The translations under genes were made by a program, and so were the position numbers. The notes beneath the pieces were generated by a model that worked only from the letters and a program-made list of their open reading frames with translations, did no database searches and was not told the DNA's origin. DNA of 64,000 nt from Actinomycetota bacterium (GTDB lineage Bacteria; Actinomycetota; Actinomycetes; Nanopelagicales; Nanopelagicaceae). Below, in pieces: positions 30,034 to 39,459 of the stretch (position 1 is its first letter; each line of letters begins with the position of its first letter). Location: the NCBI GenBank assembly GCA_039795495.1, contig JBDKLT010000075.1, positions 20,153 to 84,152 of the forward strand, written 5' to 3'.

Positions 30034-30931
30034 AGTGAGAGCTCTCATCTAAACGAGCCCCATTGATCCAGTCCAGGGCGCTCATCTTCTTCTTACCTGA
30101 AGGAGTAATGAATTCAATAGTAATAGCGCCATCTCCCGTGCCTACATAGAGTTTCTTATCTATAACGTGAATAGTTCCAGGAGATAGCGAGAGCTCGGAG
30201 ATTTGCACGCCCTCAACTTTTACAATCTCCGAGCGAAATAGCGTCCAGGCCCCCGGATTTGAGGTGAAGGCTCGAATCCGCTGTGAAATCACCTGTGAAG
30301 ATTCATTCCAATTCACCTGACATTCAGATTTAGTGATCTTGGCAGCTCTCATGGCGCCCTCAGAAGGTTGTGGCTCTGGACGGATTCCATTTTCAATCTT
30401 AGAGAGAGATTCCTCAACCGCTTCGACTCCAAGCACGGATAATTCCTGCATAAGTTCATCACTTGTGATGTCAGCATCGAGGGCAAATCTCTTGATTGAA
30501 TATAGTGGACCCGTATCCATTCCTTTATCGAGTTGGAAGACTGAGACTCCGCTTACCTGATCGCCGGCTTCGATTGCGCGCTGAACAGGAGCAGCCCCCC
30601 TCCAACGGGGAAGCAATGAAAAATGGAGATTGAGAGAACCATGTCGAGGTAACAAAAAAATATCTTCCGGAAGAATCACTCCGTAGCCAATCGTGAGCAG
30701 TAGATCAATATCGTGAAGATGAGGGGCGATTTCCTGAGCGCTTTCTGGCTTAAACGTTGGGATGTTATTGGCGCCTCCCCATTGAGAAACGATCGACTCA
30801 CGAATCTCTTTACCGCGCCCTGCCGGTCTATCTGGCTGTGTAATCAGTGAAAGAAGTTGATGTGATGAGGAACGAAGATAATTAAGGGTGGGCAACGCTA
30901 CTGAGGGAGTTGCCGCAACAACAATTTTCAA
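30026..30931 (-). CDS. fmt: Methionyl-tRNA formyltransferase
   Basis: TQPDRPAGRG, NLHFSLLPRWRGAAP, MDTGP. Confidence 0.97.
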   Translation of the reverse strand: MKIVVAATPSVALPTLNYLRSSSHQLLSLITQPDRPAGRGKEIRESIVSQWGGANNIPTFKPESAQEIAPHLHDIDLLLTIGYGVILPEDIFLLPRHGSLNLHFSLLPRWRGAAPVQRAIEAGDQVSGVSVFQLDKGMDTGPLYSIKRFALDADITSDELMQELSVLGVEAVEESLSKIENGIRPEPQPSEGAMRAAKITKSECQVNWNESSQVISQRIRAFTSNPGAWTLFRSEIVKVEGVQISELSLSPGTIHVIDKKLYVGTGDGAITIEFITPSGKKKMSALDWINGARLDESSHFG

Positions 30932-31492
30932 TTACAACCCACGACCGAAAGGATCATGCGGCGAAACTCGAATCTCCGGTGAAGTGCCAGCTTCAGCCGC
31001 CATCCCAAACCAATCGGACTCTCGAATCTCCTTCATCGCCAATTTTCTATCAGACTCAGATAGGCGATCTATAAAGAGAATTCCATTGAGATGGTCGGTC
31101 TCATGTTGCAAGGCGCGAGCAAGAAGTTCGGTGCCTTCTACGACGATAGGATCGCCATGCATTGTGAACCCTTTAGCGACGGCGCGAAAAGCTCGAGGTG
31201 TTGGATACACCAAGTTTGGAAAACTGAGGCAACCTTCGTCGCCCTCTTGGATCTCCTCGCTCAAATCTAGAGTTGGATTGATGAGATGCCCAAGAGCTTC
31301 ATCGACATCCCAGACGAAAACTCGAAGTGGTACTCCTATTTGTGGTGCCGCAAGACCTGCTCCCGGCGCATCAAGCATCGTTTCGGTCAGATCCTTCACC
31401 AGGATGCGGAGCTCCTTATCAAAATCAACCACTTCACTGGCAGGGGTAACTAATACTGGATCCCCAAAATGCCTGATTGCTTTGATTGACAT
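30932..31492 (-). CDS. def: Peptide deformylase
   Basis: GAGLAAPQIG, EGCLS, QHETDHLNG. Confidence 0.98.
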   Translation of the reverse strand: MSIKAIRHFGDPVLVTPASEVVDFDKELRILVKDLTETMLDAPGAGLAAPQIGVPLRVFVWDVDEALGHLINPTLDLSEEIQEGDEGCLSFPNLVYPTPRAFRAVAKGFTMHGDPIVVEGTELLARALQHETDHLNGILFIDRLSESDRKLAMKEIRESDWFGMAAEAGTSPEIRVSPHDPFGRGL

Positions 31493-31504
31493 GAGCTGAT
31501 TCTA

Positions 31505-33376
31505 CTATCGAGAGAGCGAATATGGATCGATTCTCATTGAGGCAAGCGCCTTCTTTGAAGCACTTCTTCGACGTTGAAACTCATGCAAGAGAGAAGAGAG
31601 CGATTCGGCCTCGTTAATTGGAGTGAGAATGACAATTCGATCCAAATCACTCTTCAACTTTGACGGACCTAGAATTCGAGAGCCTCGCGGTAAACGTTCT
31701 TCATCAATGGCCTTTAAGAGCGCTCTCTTTAATACCTGCGCCTCACTTGAATCAATGTCGAGTGTTACCGCTCGACTATATGGGGGAAAGAGAAGCTCCG
31801 CTCTCTCTCGCAACTCCCTTACTGAAAGAAGTGATGGCTTCCATGATGCCAAAGCCCCCACAATGGGAAGCTCATTCTTTGCCACAAGTGCAACAATCCC
31901 TTTCTTGTTGACTTGGGCCGCAGTCGAGAATAGCAATTGTCGAGCTCGCTCAGCTGCTCGAATATCAACCTCAGTGAAATATGAATCAGAATCGAGAATT
32001 ACGACGAGCGAGTAACCGTCATTACTTGTTGGCGCCAATCCAGCGGTGGCAATTACTACTGAATGCATAGCCGGAATTTGAACAACACGATGGTCGGAAT
32101 TTGATTGCACAATAGGAACTCCTGGTAGGAGCGCACCTATTTCGTATGCGTAGCGTTCGCTTCCTCTGCTTAAGAGGTAGGGCGTTCTCGCAGAACACCA
32201 AGTACAGACGAATTCTGAGTGTGTCTGTTCGCAGAGTGAACAGGAGAAAATGCTCTTCTGGGATACCTGACGTAATCTCCCGCCACACCCACAGAGAGCA
32301 ATGTTGCGACATTGGGCGCACGAGAGAGCTTGAGCGTAACCCTTTCTCTGTGTCAGAAGGAGGATCGAACCATCCTTAATCTTTGAGCGCATGACGGTAA
32401 GAAGCCTGCTCGGGATTAGCTCACCTTGAAACGGAGTGAAAGTTCGGACATCAACTTTGGATTCGCTTTTAGAGAAGAGGATTTCATTGGCATCGATGAG
32501 TGATGCTACTTCTGAGCTTGGGGAATAGCCGAAGAAAATGAGATTGCAACTTGATTCTGCAAATCTCATCAGCGCTACATCTCGTGTATTCCATCCGGGC
32601 GTGCGAACTTCATAATGATGTTCTGAGCCTTCATCGACGATAACAATATTCTCGAGGTTAGAAATTGGGGCAAATATCGCACTTCTAGTGCCAATGACGA
32701 AACGTGGGTCACCTAAACGAACCTGCAAGAAATTTCGATATCGTGCACCCTTATCTAGTGATGAATCAAGAACGATTGATTCGGGAAGTTGAGCGGTAAG
32801 GCGTTCGACGGAATGGATATCAGGAACGACTATCAACGTTGTGCCTGTGAAGTCCTTTTCAGTAAGTGATGCGACTAGATATTTAATCGCATCTTGATGA
32901 GCAGGCATTTGAATATATCTACTCTTATGAGGATATTTCCTTCGTGTCACTTCAGCGTGATGAAAAGACTCTCGATCGATGGAAGCCACGCGTGGTGGAA
33001 TGGCTGAACGAATAACATCGTATGGATGGGCCGCCCATCGTTGCGCTACCTTTTTGATGAGATTGAGTGTCTCCAATGAAGCAACGCTGTGGATTGAGAG
33101 AACCTTTGTGATCGATTTTAGTCCAACTGCGCTGTGATCCTTCTTGCGATCAATTACCAATCCCTCTAATTCTCGCCCATGAAAAGGAACTTGCACGCGC
33201 GTTCCGATAGAGACCGATGCAGAGAGATTGTCCGGTATCAAATAATCAAAGGGCTCATCGAGGTGATAGACCCCAGAATCGACCCAGATTGACGCAATCC
33301 GATGCTCAGTTGTGCTCTGCTCTGGCTTGGTCGCCACTACCTCGGACTTAAGGCGGAGTGGTTTTATCCCAGCCAC
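31505..33376 (-). CDS. priA: Primosomal protein N' (actinobacterial type, degenerate helicase)
   Basis: HLDEPFDY, GTRVQVPF, GTRSAIFAP, Zn-binding Cys cluster, FPPY; position metK-priA-def. Confidence 0.9.
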   Translation of the reverse strand: MAGIKPLRLKSEVVATKPEQSTTEHRIASIWVDSGVYHLDEPFDYLIPDNLSASVSIGTRVQVPFHGRELEGLVIDRKKDHSAVGLKSITKVLSIHSVASLETLNLIKKVAQRWAAHPYDVIRSAIPPRVASIDRESFHHAEVTRRKYPHKSRYIQMPAHQDAIKYLVASLTEKDFTGTTLIVVPDIHSVERLTAQLPESIVLDSSLDKGARYRNFLQVRLGDPRFVIGTRSAIFAPISNLENIVIVDEGSEHHYEVRTPGWNTRDVALMRFAESSCNLIFFGYSPSSEVASLIDANEILFSKSESKVDVRTFTPFQGELIPSRLLTVMRSKIKDGSILLLTQRKGYAQALSCAQCRNIALCGCGGRLRQVSQKSIFSCSLCEQTHSEFVCTWCSARTPYLLSRGSERYAYEIGALLPGVPIVQSNSDHRVVQIPAMHSVVIATAGLAPTSNDGYSLVVILDSDSYFTEVDIRAAERARQLLFSTAAQVNKKGIVALVAKNELPIVGALASWKPSLLSVRELRERAELLFPPYSRAVTLDIDSSEAQVLKRALLKAIDEERLPRGSRILGPSKLKSDLDRIVILTPINEAESLSSLLHEFQRRRSASKKALASMRIDPYSLSR

Positions 33377-33394
33377 AAGTTAAGAATCTAACGA

Positions 33395-34585
33395 TTACTT
33401 AACAGCAGCTTGAAGTTCGGCGACTCTATTGGTTGCTTCCCATGTGAAGTTAGGAAGCTCACGACCAAAGTGTCCATATGCAGCTGTTTGAGAATAGATA
33501 GGGCGTTTGAGATTGAGATCGCGGATGATTGCCGCTGGTCGAAGATCAAATACTGTAGTCACAGCATCCTGAATCTTTTGTACTGGAACTGATTCAGTTC
33601 CGAAAGTCTCAACAAAGACTCCAACTGGCTGGGCCTTTCCAATGGCATATGCAACCTGAACTTCGCAACGACGAGCAAGGCCGGCAGCAACAACGTTCTT
33701 TGCAACCCAACGCATCGCGTAGGCAGCTGAACGGTCAACTTTTGAAGGATCTTTTCCAGAGAAAGCACCACCACCGTGACGAGCCATTCCCCCGTAGGTA
33801 TCTACGATGATCTTGCGTCCTGTGAGTCCAGCATCTCCCATAGGACCACCGATGACAAAGCGACCTGTTGGATTAATCAAAGTGCGAAGATTGGGACGAG
33901 GTAGATCGATCTTTGCAATTACTGGATCAATAACCTGAGCAATGATTTCAGGAGTCAGTTGCTTTGCAACATCAATATCCTCGGCGTGCTGACTAGAAAT
34001 CACGACAGTATCGAGTGCAACCGCCTTATCACCATCGTATTCAATGGTCACCTGCGTCTTGCCATCGGGGCGAAGATAGCCGAGAGCGCCAGATTTACGA
34101 ACCTTAGAGAGTTGTTGAGCCAATTCATGAGCTAGCCAAATTGGAAGAGGCATCAACTCTTTTGTATCGTCACAGGCATAACCAAACATCAATCCTTGAT
34201 CGCCAGCACCCTGAAGATCAAGTGGATCAGCAGCTGAAGCGACGCGGTGCTCGAAAGCATCATCTACACCTTGTGCAATATCTGGAGATTGCTGACCGAT
34301 GGAGATAGAGACGCCACAGCTATTTCCATCGAAACCTTTTACAGATGAGTCGTATCCGATGCCGATCACAGTGTCTCTCACGATTCCCATGACATCTGCA
34401 TATCCATTAGTGGTCACTTCGCCAGCAACGTGAACTTGTCCGGTTGTAATCAGTGTTTCAACTGCAACGCGACTTGTTGGATCTTGTTCTAGCAGTGAAT
34501 CCAAAATTGCATCAGAAATTTGATCTGCAATCTTATCTGGATGTCCTTCGGTGACTGATTCTGAGGTGAAGAGGCGCTTTGACAT
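33395..34585 (-). CDS. metK: S-adenosylmethionine synthetase
   Basis: [28 protein letters not shown]. Confidence 0.99.
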   Translation of the reverse strand: MSKRLFTSESVTEGHPDKIADQISDAILDSLLEQDPTSRVAVETLITTGQVHVAGEVTTNGYADVMGIVRDTVIGIGYDSSVKGFDGNSCGVSISIGQQSPDIAQGVDDAFEHRVASAADPLDLQGAGDQGLMFGYACDDTKELMPLPIWLAHELAQQLSKVRKSGALGYLRPDGKTQVTIEYDGDKAVALDTVVISSQHAEDIDVAKQLTPEIIAQVIDPVIAKIDLPRPNLRTLINPTGRFVIGGPMGDAGLTGRKIIVDTYGGMARHGGGAFSGKDPSKVDRSAAYAMRWVAKNVVAAGLARRCEVQVAYAIGKAQPVGVFVETFGTESVPVQKIQDAVTTVFDLRPAAIIRDLNLKRPIYSQTAAYGHFGRELPNFTWEATNRVAELQAAVK

Positions 34586-34589
34586 TGTC

Positions 34590-35774
34590 CTAACCTAACT
34601 GAAGCAGGGCTTCATCGAGTAGTTGGTGAGCTAGCGTGTCTTTGGTGGTCTGCGCCACCTTACGAGGTTTCTTCTCTTTGACGAGGATGAAACCTTGAGT
34701 TGTCTCGCTATTAAAGATATCTCCCTGAGAAATGTCGTTGAGATAGAGCAGATCTGCCCCCTTAGAACTCATCTTCTCTGAAGCAATCGTGAGATCTTCT
34801 GATGATTCAGCAGCAAAGGCAATGACGACCTGATGAGTACGAATTGATGTCAGTGATTTAAGGAGATCTGGATTAGGCGTCAAATCAATATGATCGAAGC
34901 CATCTTTCTTAATCTTCTCTGGAGAAATTGCAAGGGGGCGAGCATCAGCAACTGCCGCCGCCATCGCAAGAATGTCGCACTCTATAAATTTTTCAGTGAG
35001 TACTTCAAGCATCTCTTCAGCGGTTGATAGATGAATGGTTTCAATGCCATCGATATCTGACAGTTGCGCATTTGCGCTGATAAGAGTCACCTTTGCTCCG
35101 CGTTCAAGAGCTGCTTGAGCAAGTGCATACCCTTGTTTACCCGAAGAATTGTTTCCAATGTATCTCACTGGATCGATAGGTTCGCGAGTGCCTCCAGCAG
35201 TGATCAAGACTCGCTTACCAAGGAGATCTTCTTTGGAATGTGCAATCTTTGAGAAATGTTCAAGGATGCGAGAAGTTTCGGGAAAACGTCCTGGCCCAAA
35301 ATCTCCAGAAGTAAGCGCACCAACATCAGGTTCCATAACCGTGAATCCACGATCTCGAAGAGTTTTGACATTCGTTTGGGTAGCTTTGTCGCTCCACATT
35401 TCAGGGTGCATTGCAGGAACAATCAAAATCGGTGCCGAACTCGCAAGAACTATATTTGTCAGTAAGTCATCAGCACGACCTGCTGCAATACGTGCAATCA
35501 GATCAGCGGTTGCAGGGGCAATGATGAGGAAACGTGCCTTTTTGGCTAGAGAAACATGTCTCACTTCCTCGACTCTCTCAAAGACTTGCGTAGTCACTGT
35601 TCTTCCAGAGAGCGCTTCCCATGTCGCTGCGCCTACAAAATTCAGGCTAGAAGGAGTAGGTACCACGGTGACGAGAAAGCCGCGATCTTGAAGACGACGC
35701 AAGAGATCGCATGATTTATATGCAGCTATACCCCCGCCGACACCGAGAATTACTTCGCGGCCAAAACCTTGCAT
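34590..35774 (-). CDS. coaBC: Bifunctional phosphopantothenoylcysteine decarboxylase/synthetase
   Basis: [38 protein letters not shown]. Confidence 0.97.
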   Translation of the reverse strand: MQGFGREVILGVGGGIAAYKSCDLLRRLQDRGFLVTVVPTPSSLNFVGAATWEALSGRTVTTQVFERVEEVRHVSLAKKARFLIIAPATADLIARIAAGRADDLLTNIVLASSAPILIVPAMHPEMWSDKATQTNVKTLRDRGFTVMEPDVGALTSGDFGPGRFPETSRILEHFSKIAHSKEDLLGKRVLITAGGTREPIDPVRYIGNNSSGKQGYALAQAALERGAKVTLISANAQLSDIDGIETIHLSTAEEMLEVLTEKFIECDILAMAAAVADARPLAISPEKIKKDGFDHIDLTPNPDLLKSLTSIRTHQVVIAFAAESSEDLTIASEKMSSKGADLLYLNDISQGDIFNSETTQGFILVKEKKPRKVAQTTKDTLAHQLLDEALLQLG

Positions 35775-35791
35775 GGCGGTTAACCCAAAAA

Positions 35792-36052
35792 CTAGGCAGT
35801 AGGCTCGAGATTTTCGATAGTCAGAAGACCATCGTTGATTTCGCGTAGCGCGATTGAGAGAGGCTTCTCGTGGACGTGAGTATCAACAAGTGGTCCAACA
35901 TATTCGAGTAGGCCTTCGCCTAGTTGTGAGTAATACGCATTGATCTGACGAGCACGCTTTGCGGCATAGAGAACCAGGCTGTATTTCGACCCCGCCTTAT
36001 CGAGAAGTTCGTCGATAGGTGGATTAGTGATTCCATCCATATGTGCGCTCAT
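35792..36052 (-). CDS. rpoZ: RNA polymerase omega subunit
   Basis: [33 protein letters not shown]. Confidence 0.98.
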   Translation of the reverse strand: MSAHMDGITNPPIDELLDKAGSKYSLVLYAAKRARQINAYYSQLGEGLLEYVGPLVDTHVHEKPLSIALREINDGLLTIENLEPTA

Positions 36053-36092
36053 GAGTACTCCAATATCTTCTCAATACGTTCTTACGCCTTGG

Positions 36093-36965
36093 TTAGGCAG
36101 AAATCAATTCTATCAGGGAAGTAACCACTCTCTGAACCTCGTCATTGATGAGTACCTTGTCAAAGAAAGAGGCTGCCGCCATCTCATCTTGGGCAAGGGC
36201 CAAGCGGGCTGCCCTTCGTTCTGGACTATCCGTACCTCTTCCCTCAAGTCTAGATACAAGCTCTTCCCAGGTCGGTGGTTCGAGAAAGATAAGAATGGCT
36301 TCTGGAATCTTCGATTTTACTTGTTTCGCTCCGCTAATTTCGATCTCCAAGAGCACACTGGTGCCGCTACGGAGAACCTCTTCAACTGACTTCCTTAAGG
36401 TCCCATATCGATTACCCGCGAATTCGGCCCATTCAAGAAAGTGACCATCTGTGATCGCTGCATCAAATTGCGCATCTGAATAGAAATGATAATCAACTCC
36501 ATCAACTTCATTGAAGCGCGGAGCGCGTGTTGTTGCTGAGACGCTGACAAAGAATGGAGATGACTCCTTAAGGACTTTGGCAACAGTACTTTTTCCTACT
36601 CCCCCAGGACCTGAAAGCACAATCAACTTTCCAGGCTGTACCGATGACATAGGGTGAAACTCTCTCTCAAGTGCGACTCTTTGATGCTTTCCCAAACCTT
36701 GAATTCGTCGAGTCTGCGAGATACCCAATCTTTCAAGAGTTGTCTTAGCTCGAATTTTACCAACTCCACTAATAGATTCAACCAACTCAATCACTCTCAT
36801 CTTGGCAATCGCTTCGTCGCTCATAGCCATATCCAACACATCTTCTACTGTGAGCTCTCCCGATTTCACTCGCAATTTGAGTGCTGCTCTAATTCTTCGA
36901 GACTCTTTCGCTTTAGCAAGAGCGCTGGCTCTCTCTTCTGCAGTAAGAGCAGGAGGAAGATTCAT
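36093..36965 (-). CDS. gmk: Fusion of actinobacterial integration host factor (mIHF) and guanylate kinase
   Basis: aa 1-~103 are mIHF-like (LPPALTAEERASALAKA..R..RA.LK, KMRV.EL.ES..GVGK, RRIQGLG..QR.AL). The remainder is Gmk (GPGGVGKST, SATTRAPR, DGVDYHF, EWAEFAGNRYGT). One open frame of 290 aa. Confidence 0.93.
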   Translation of the reverse strand: MNLPPALTAEERASALAKAKESRRIRAALKLRVKSGELTVEDVLDMAMSDEAIAKMRVIELVESISGVGKIRAKTTLERLGISQTRRIQGLGKHQRVALEREFHPMSSVQPGKLIVLSGPGGVGKSTVAKVLKESSPFFVSVSATTRAPRFNEVDGVDYHFYSDAQFDAAITDGHFLEWAEFAGNRYGTLRKSVEEVLRSGTSVLLEIEISGAKQVKSKIPEAILIFLEPPTWEELVSRLEGRGTDSPERRAARLALAQDEMAAASFFDKVLINDEVQRVVTSLIELISA

Positions 36966-36974
36966 AGAGATAAT

Positions 36975-37676
36975 CTAGTTGAGAATTTCGTCGGCGATAA
37001 GACGGGCCTTTGCTGACATAGCTTCTGCACCGTGCTTCCAGGCTTGTGTAATTGGACGCCCAATAACAACATATGTTGCTCCAGAATCAATTGCTGATCT
37101 AGGAGTCATCGTTCTCTTCTGGTCATCAGAGCCAACCTCGGAAATAGGACGAACGCCTGGTGTAATAATCGAAGGACCAGGACCTATTGCTGATCGAATT
37201 GCGGAGATCTCAAGTGGAGAACAAACAATAGCCCTTGCCCCAGCATTAACCGACATTTTCGCTAGAGCTACTGCACTTTCAAGAGCAGCGTTTGCATAAC
37301 CAATCTCGAAGAGGTCTTCTTCAGAGAGTGAGGTGAGAATCGTGACAGCCGTAATCTCTGTCGTTGGTAGAACATCGACAGCTGCCTTAACCATCGCTCT
37401 ACCACCTGATGCATGAACTGTGAGAAAGCGAGGAGAAAGAGTTGAGATTGCCTTCGCGGCACCTTCAACTGTATGTGGAATGTCATGCAACTTAAGGTCA
37501 AGGAAGATATCTGCATCCGTCTCTGATTTAATCGCAGACACACCTTGCTGGCCAAAGGTAAGAAAGAATTCGAGACCCAATTTATAGACGCTGACCGACT
37601 CTTGAGTTGCAGCAACCCACTGACGCGCTATATCTAAGTTAGCGGTATCTACCGCCAGAACTATAGGAGCCTTCAT
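36975..37676 (-). CDS. pyrF: Orotidine-5'-phosphate decarboxylase
   Basis: FLDLKLHDIPHTV, VTILTS, TPGVRP, DDQKR, VIGRPIT. Confidence 0.97.
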   Translation of the reverse strand: MKAPIVLAVDTANLDIARQWVAATQESVSVYKLGLEFFLTFGQQGVSAIKSETDADIFLDLKLHDIPHTVEGAAKAISTLSPRFLTVHASGGRAMVKAAVDVLPTTEITAVTILTSLSEEDLFEIGYANAALESAVALAKMSVNAGARAIVCSPLEISAIRSAIGPGPSIITPGVRPISEVGSDDQKRTMTPRSAIDSGATYVVIGRPITQAWKHGAEAMSAKARLIADEILN

Positions 37677-38614
37677 AAACCCTCTCCTCGATGAGCATAA
37701 CCAATGGCTTGTTGAACCGTTGCAAATCCACGTTGCGCTAACAATTCGCGAAGTTGATTTTGAACATCAATAAGTGCAGTTGGATTGCCGAAACTTGCAG
37801 TTCCAACAGAGACGCCCGAAGCTCCAGCGAGAATCAGTTCAAGAGCATCACGACCGGAAGAAACTCCGCCCATACCTAAGATAGGAACTTTCGGAAGTGC
37901 AGCATGTACTTGATAGATCGCTCGAACTGCAACTGGACGAATTGCTGGACCTGACAATCCCCCAGTTCTGCCGCCAAGGTGGGGACGCATTGTGTCGAGA
38001 TTGATTACCATCCCCAAGACAGTATTGATAAGTGCCAAAGCATCGGCTCCAGCATCGACGACTCCTCGTGCAATGGAAGGAAGATCTGTAACATCCGGAG
38101 AAAGTTTTGCGATGATCGGAATTTCTCCACCTATTGTCTTGCGCACTCCATCAATGACACGGCGCGAGGCATCCGGGTCACAGGCGAAGACCAAGCCGCG
38201 ATTTTCAACGTTGGGACATGAAATATTCACTTCAATTGCGCTCACACCTGAGACGGATCTCAACTTCCTCGCCAGAGTTGCATACTCTTCAACGGTTTCA
38301 CCAGCAATCGAGACAATGACTCGTGCTTTCTGCTCAAGGAGCCACGGGACATCCTTTGCCAAAAAGGCATCGATTCCGGGTCCTTGTAATCCAATTGAAT
38401 TGAGCATGCCCGAAGGAGTCTCCGCCATGCGTGGAGTAGGACGACCATGTCGAGGTTTACTCATAATGGATTTCGTCACTATTGCGCCAACTGTATTGAG
38501 AGGAAAGAACTGCGCTAGCTCGCGGCCGCTACTTGCACATCCACTTGCCGTAAAAATCGGAGTCGGAAACCATGCATTCCCCAAGGTTGTAGAGAGATCA
38601 ACAGGTAAAGTCAT
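37673..38614 (-). CDS. pyrD: Dihydroorotate dehydrogenase (class 1B), catalytic subunit
   Basis: ASGC, MLNSIGLQGPG, NISCPN, KLSP, GGLSGPAIRP. Confidence 0.96.
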   Translation of the reverse strand: MTLPVDLSTTLGNAWFPTPIFTASGCASSGRELAQFFPLNTVGAIVTKSIMSKPRHGRPTPRMAETPSGMLNSIGLQGPGIDAFLAKDVPWLLEQKARVIVSIAGETVEEYATLARKLRSVSGVSAIEVNISCPNVENRGLVFACDPDASRRVIDGVRKTIGGEIPIIAKLSPDVTDLPSIARGVVDAGADALALINTVLGMVINLDTMRPHLGGRTGGLSGPAIRPVAVRAIYQVHAALPKVPILGMGGVSSGRDALELILAGASGVSVGTASFGNPTALIDVQNQLRELLAQRGFATVQQAIGYAHRGEGL

Positions 38615-39459
38615 TGATGTACCTCCGGAACTTTACCGACTAGGTCCCAACGAACTCGTGAACCATCCATGACTGGGCCATCAATACAAGAACGAAGCAT
38701 TGATGTAGAGCCGTCATCATTCGTTACGGGCAGAACACAAGTCATGCAGATTCCAATTCCACAAGCCATCGACTCTTCTACTGCACATTGATGAATAACA
38801 TCGGTGCTTGAAACTAACTCTGTAATAGCCGAGAGCATTCCCATTGGGCCACAACTGTAGATAACATCAATCTTTCTATCTGAAACAATATCTAGAAGGT
38901 GCTCAGTTACTCGCCCTGTCTCCCCCATAGAACCATCTTCGGTATAAATCTTGAGAGAATTTACAGAACGTTTGCCCTCCATAGGGGCATAAATCTTCGC
39001 CCCAACACTTGCTCCCAGCAACATATCTACTCGACAACCGCGATTTTTTAGAACATCAGCGAGACCGAAGAGAGGTGCGGATCCATATCCGCCACCAATT
39101 AGCAGAGCATTGATCGGTTCAGTAGGGATACCGAAAGCAGTACCCAAAGGAGCGACAACATCAATCTCTGCACCTTCTGGTTGAGAACAGAGCCACTTAC
39201 TTCCTGAGCCATGTGGAGCGATAATCAACTCCATTGTTCCTCCATATTGAGGATTTTCAGATACTCGAGAAATAGCGAATGCTCTGCGAAGAACCATTCT
39301 TGAACTCTCACCGCCAACTTTGATTGCAATGAAATTTCCTGGACGTGAATTCTTTACAATATCTCCAACGTTGAGCAATATTTGATGGTAAGCACCGACA
39401 CGTTTGTTGGAAACTATCGTTGCGATGTGCTGCTTCGCACTCTTATTAATGGCTGACAT
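38611..39459 (-). CDS. pyrK: Dihydroorotate dehydrogenase electron transfer subunit
   Basis: LRRAF, GGGYG, CGP, MACGIGICMTC...C.DGPV 2Fe-2S motif. Start ATG 39459 overlaps the carB stop. Confidence 0.93.
   Translation of the reverse strand: MSAINKSAKQHIATIVSNKRVGAYHQILLNVGDIVKNSRPGNFIAIKVGGESSRMVLRRAFAISRVSENPQYGGTMELIIAPHGSGSKWLCSQPEGAEIDVVAPLGTAFGIPTEPINALLIGGGYGSAPLFGLADVLKNRGCRVDMLLGASVGAKIYAPMEGKRSVNSLKIYTEDGSMGETGRVTEHLLDIVSDRKIDVIYSCGPMGMLSAITELVSSTDVIHQCAVEESMACGIGICMTCVLPVTNDDGSTSMLRSCIDGPVMDGSRVRWDLVGKVPEVHQ

Noticed and set aside
30888-31499. Long antisense ORFs (203 aa here; also 37992-38672, 35149-35691, 23108-23581)
   Set aside because: They are shadow frames of well-supported genes, rich in Ser/Pro/Arg and without recognisable motifs.
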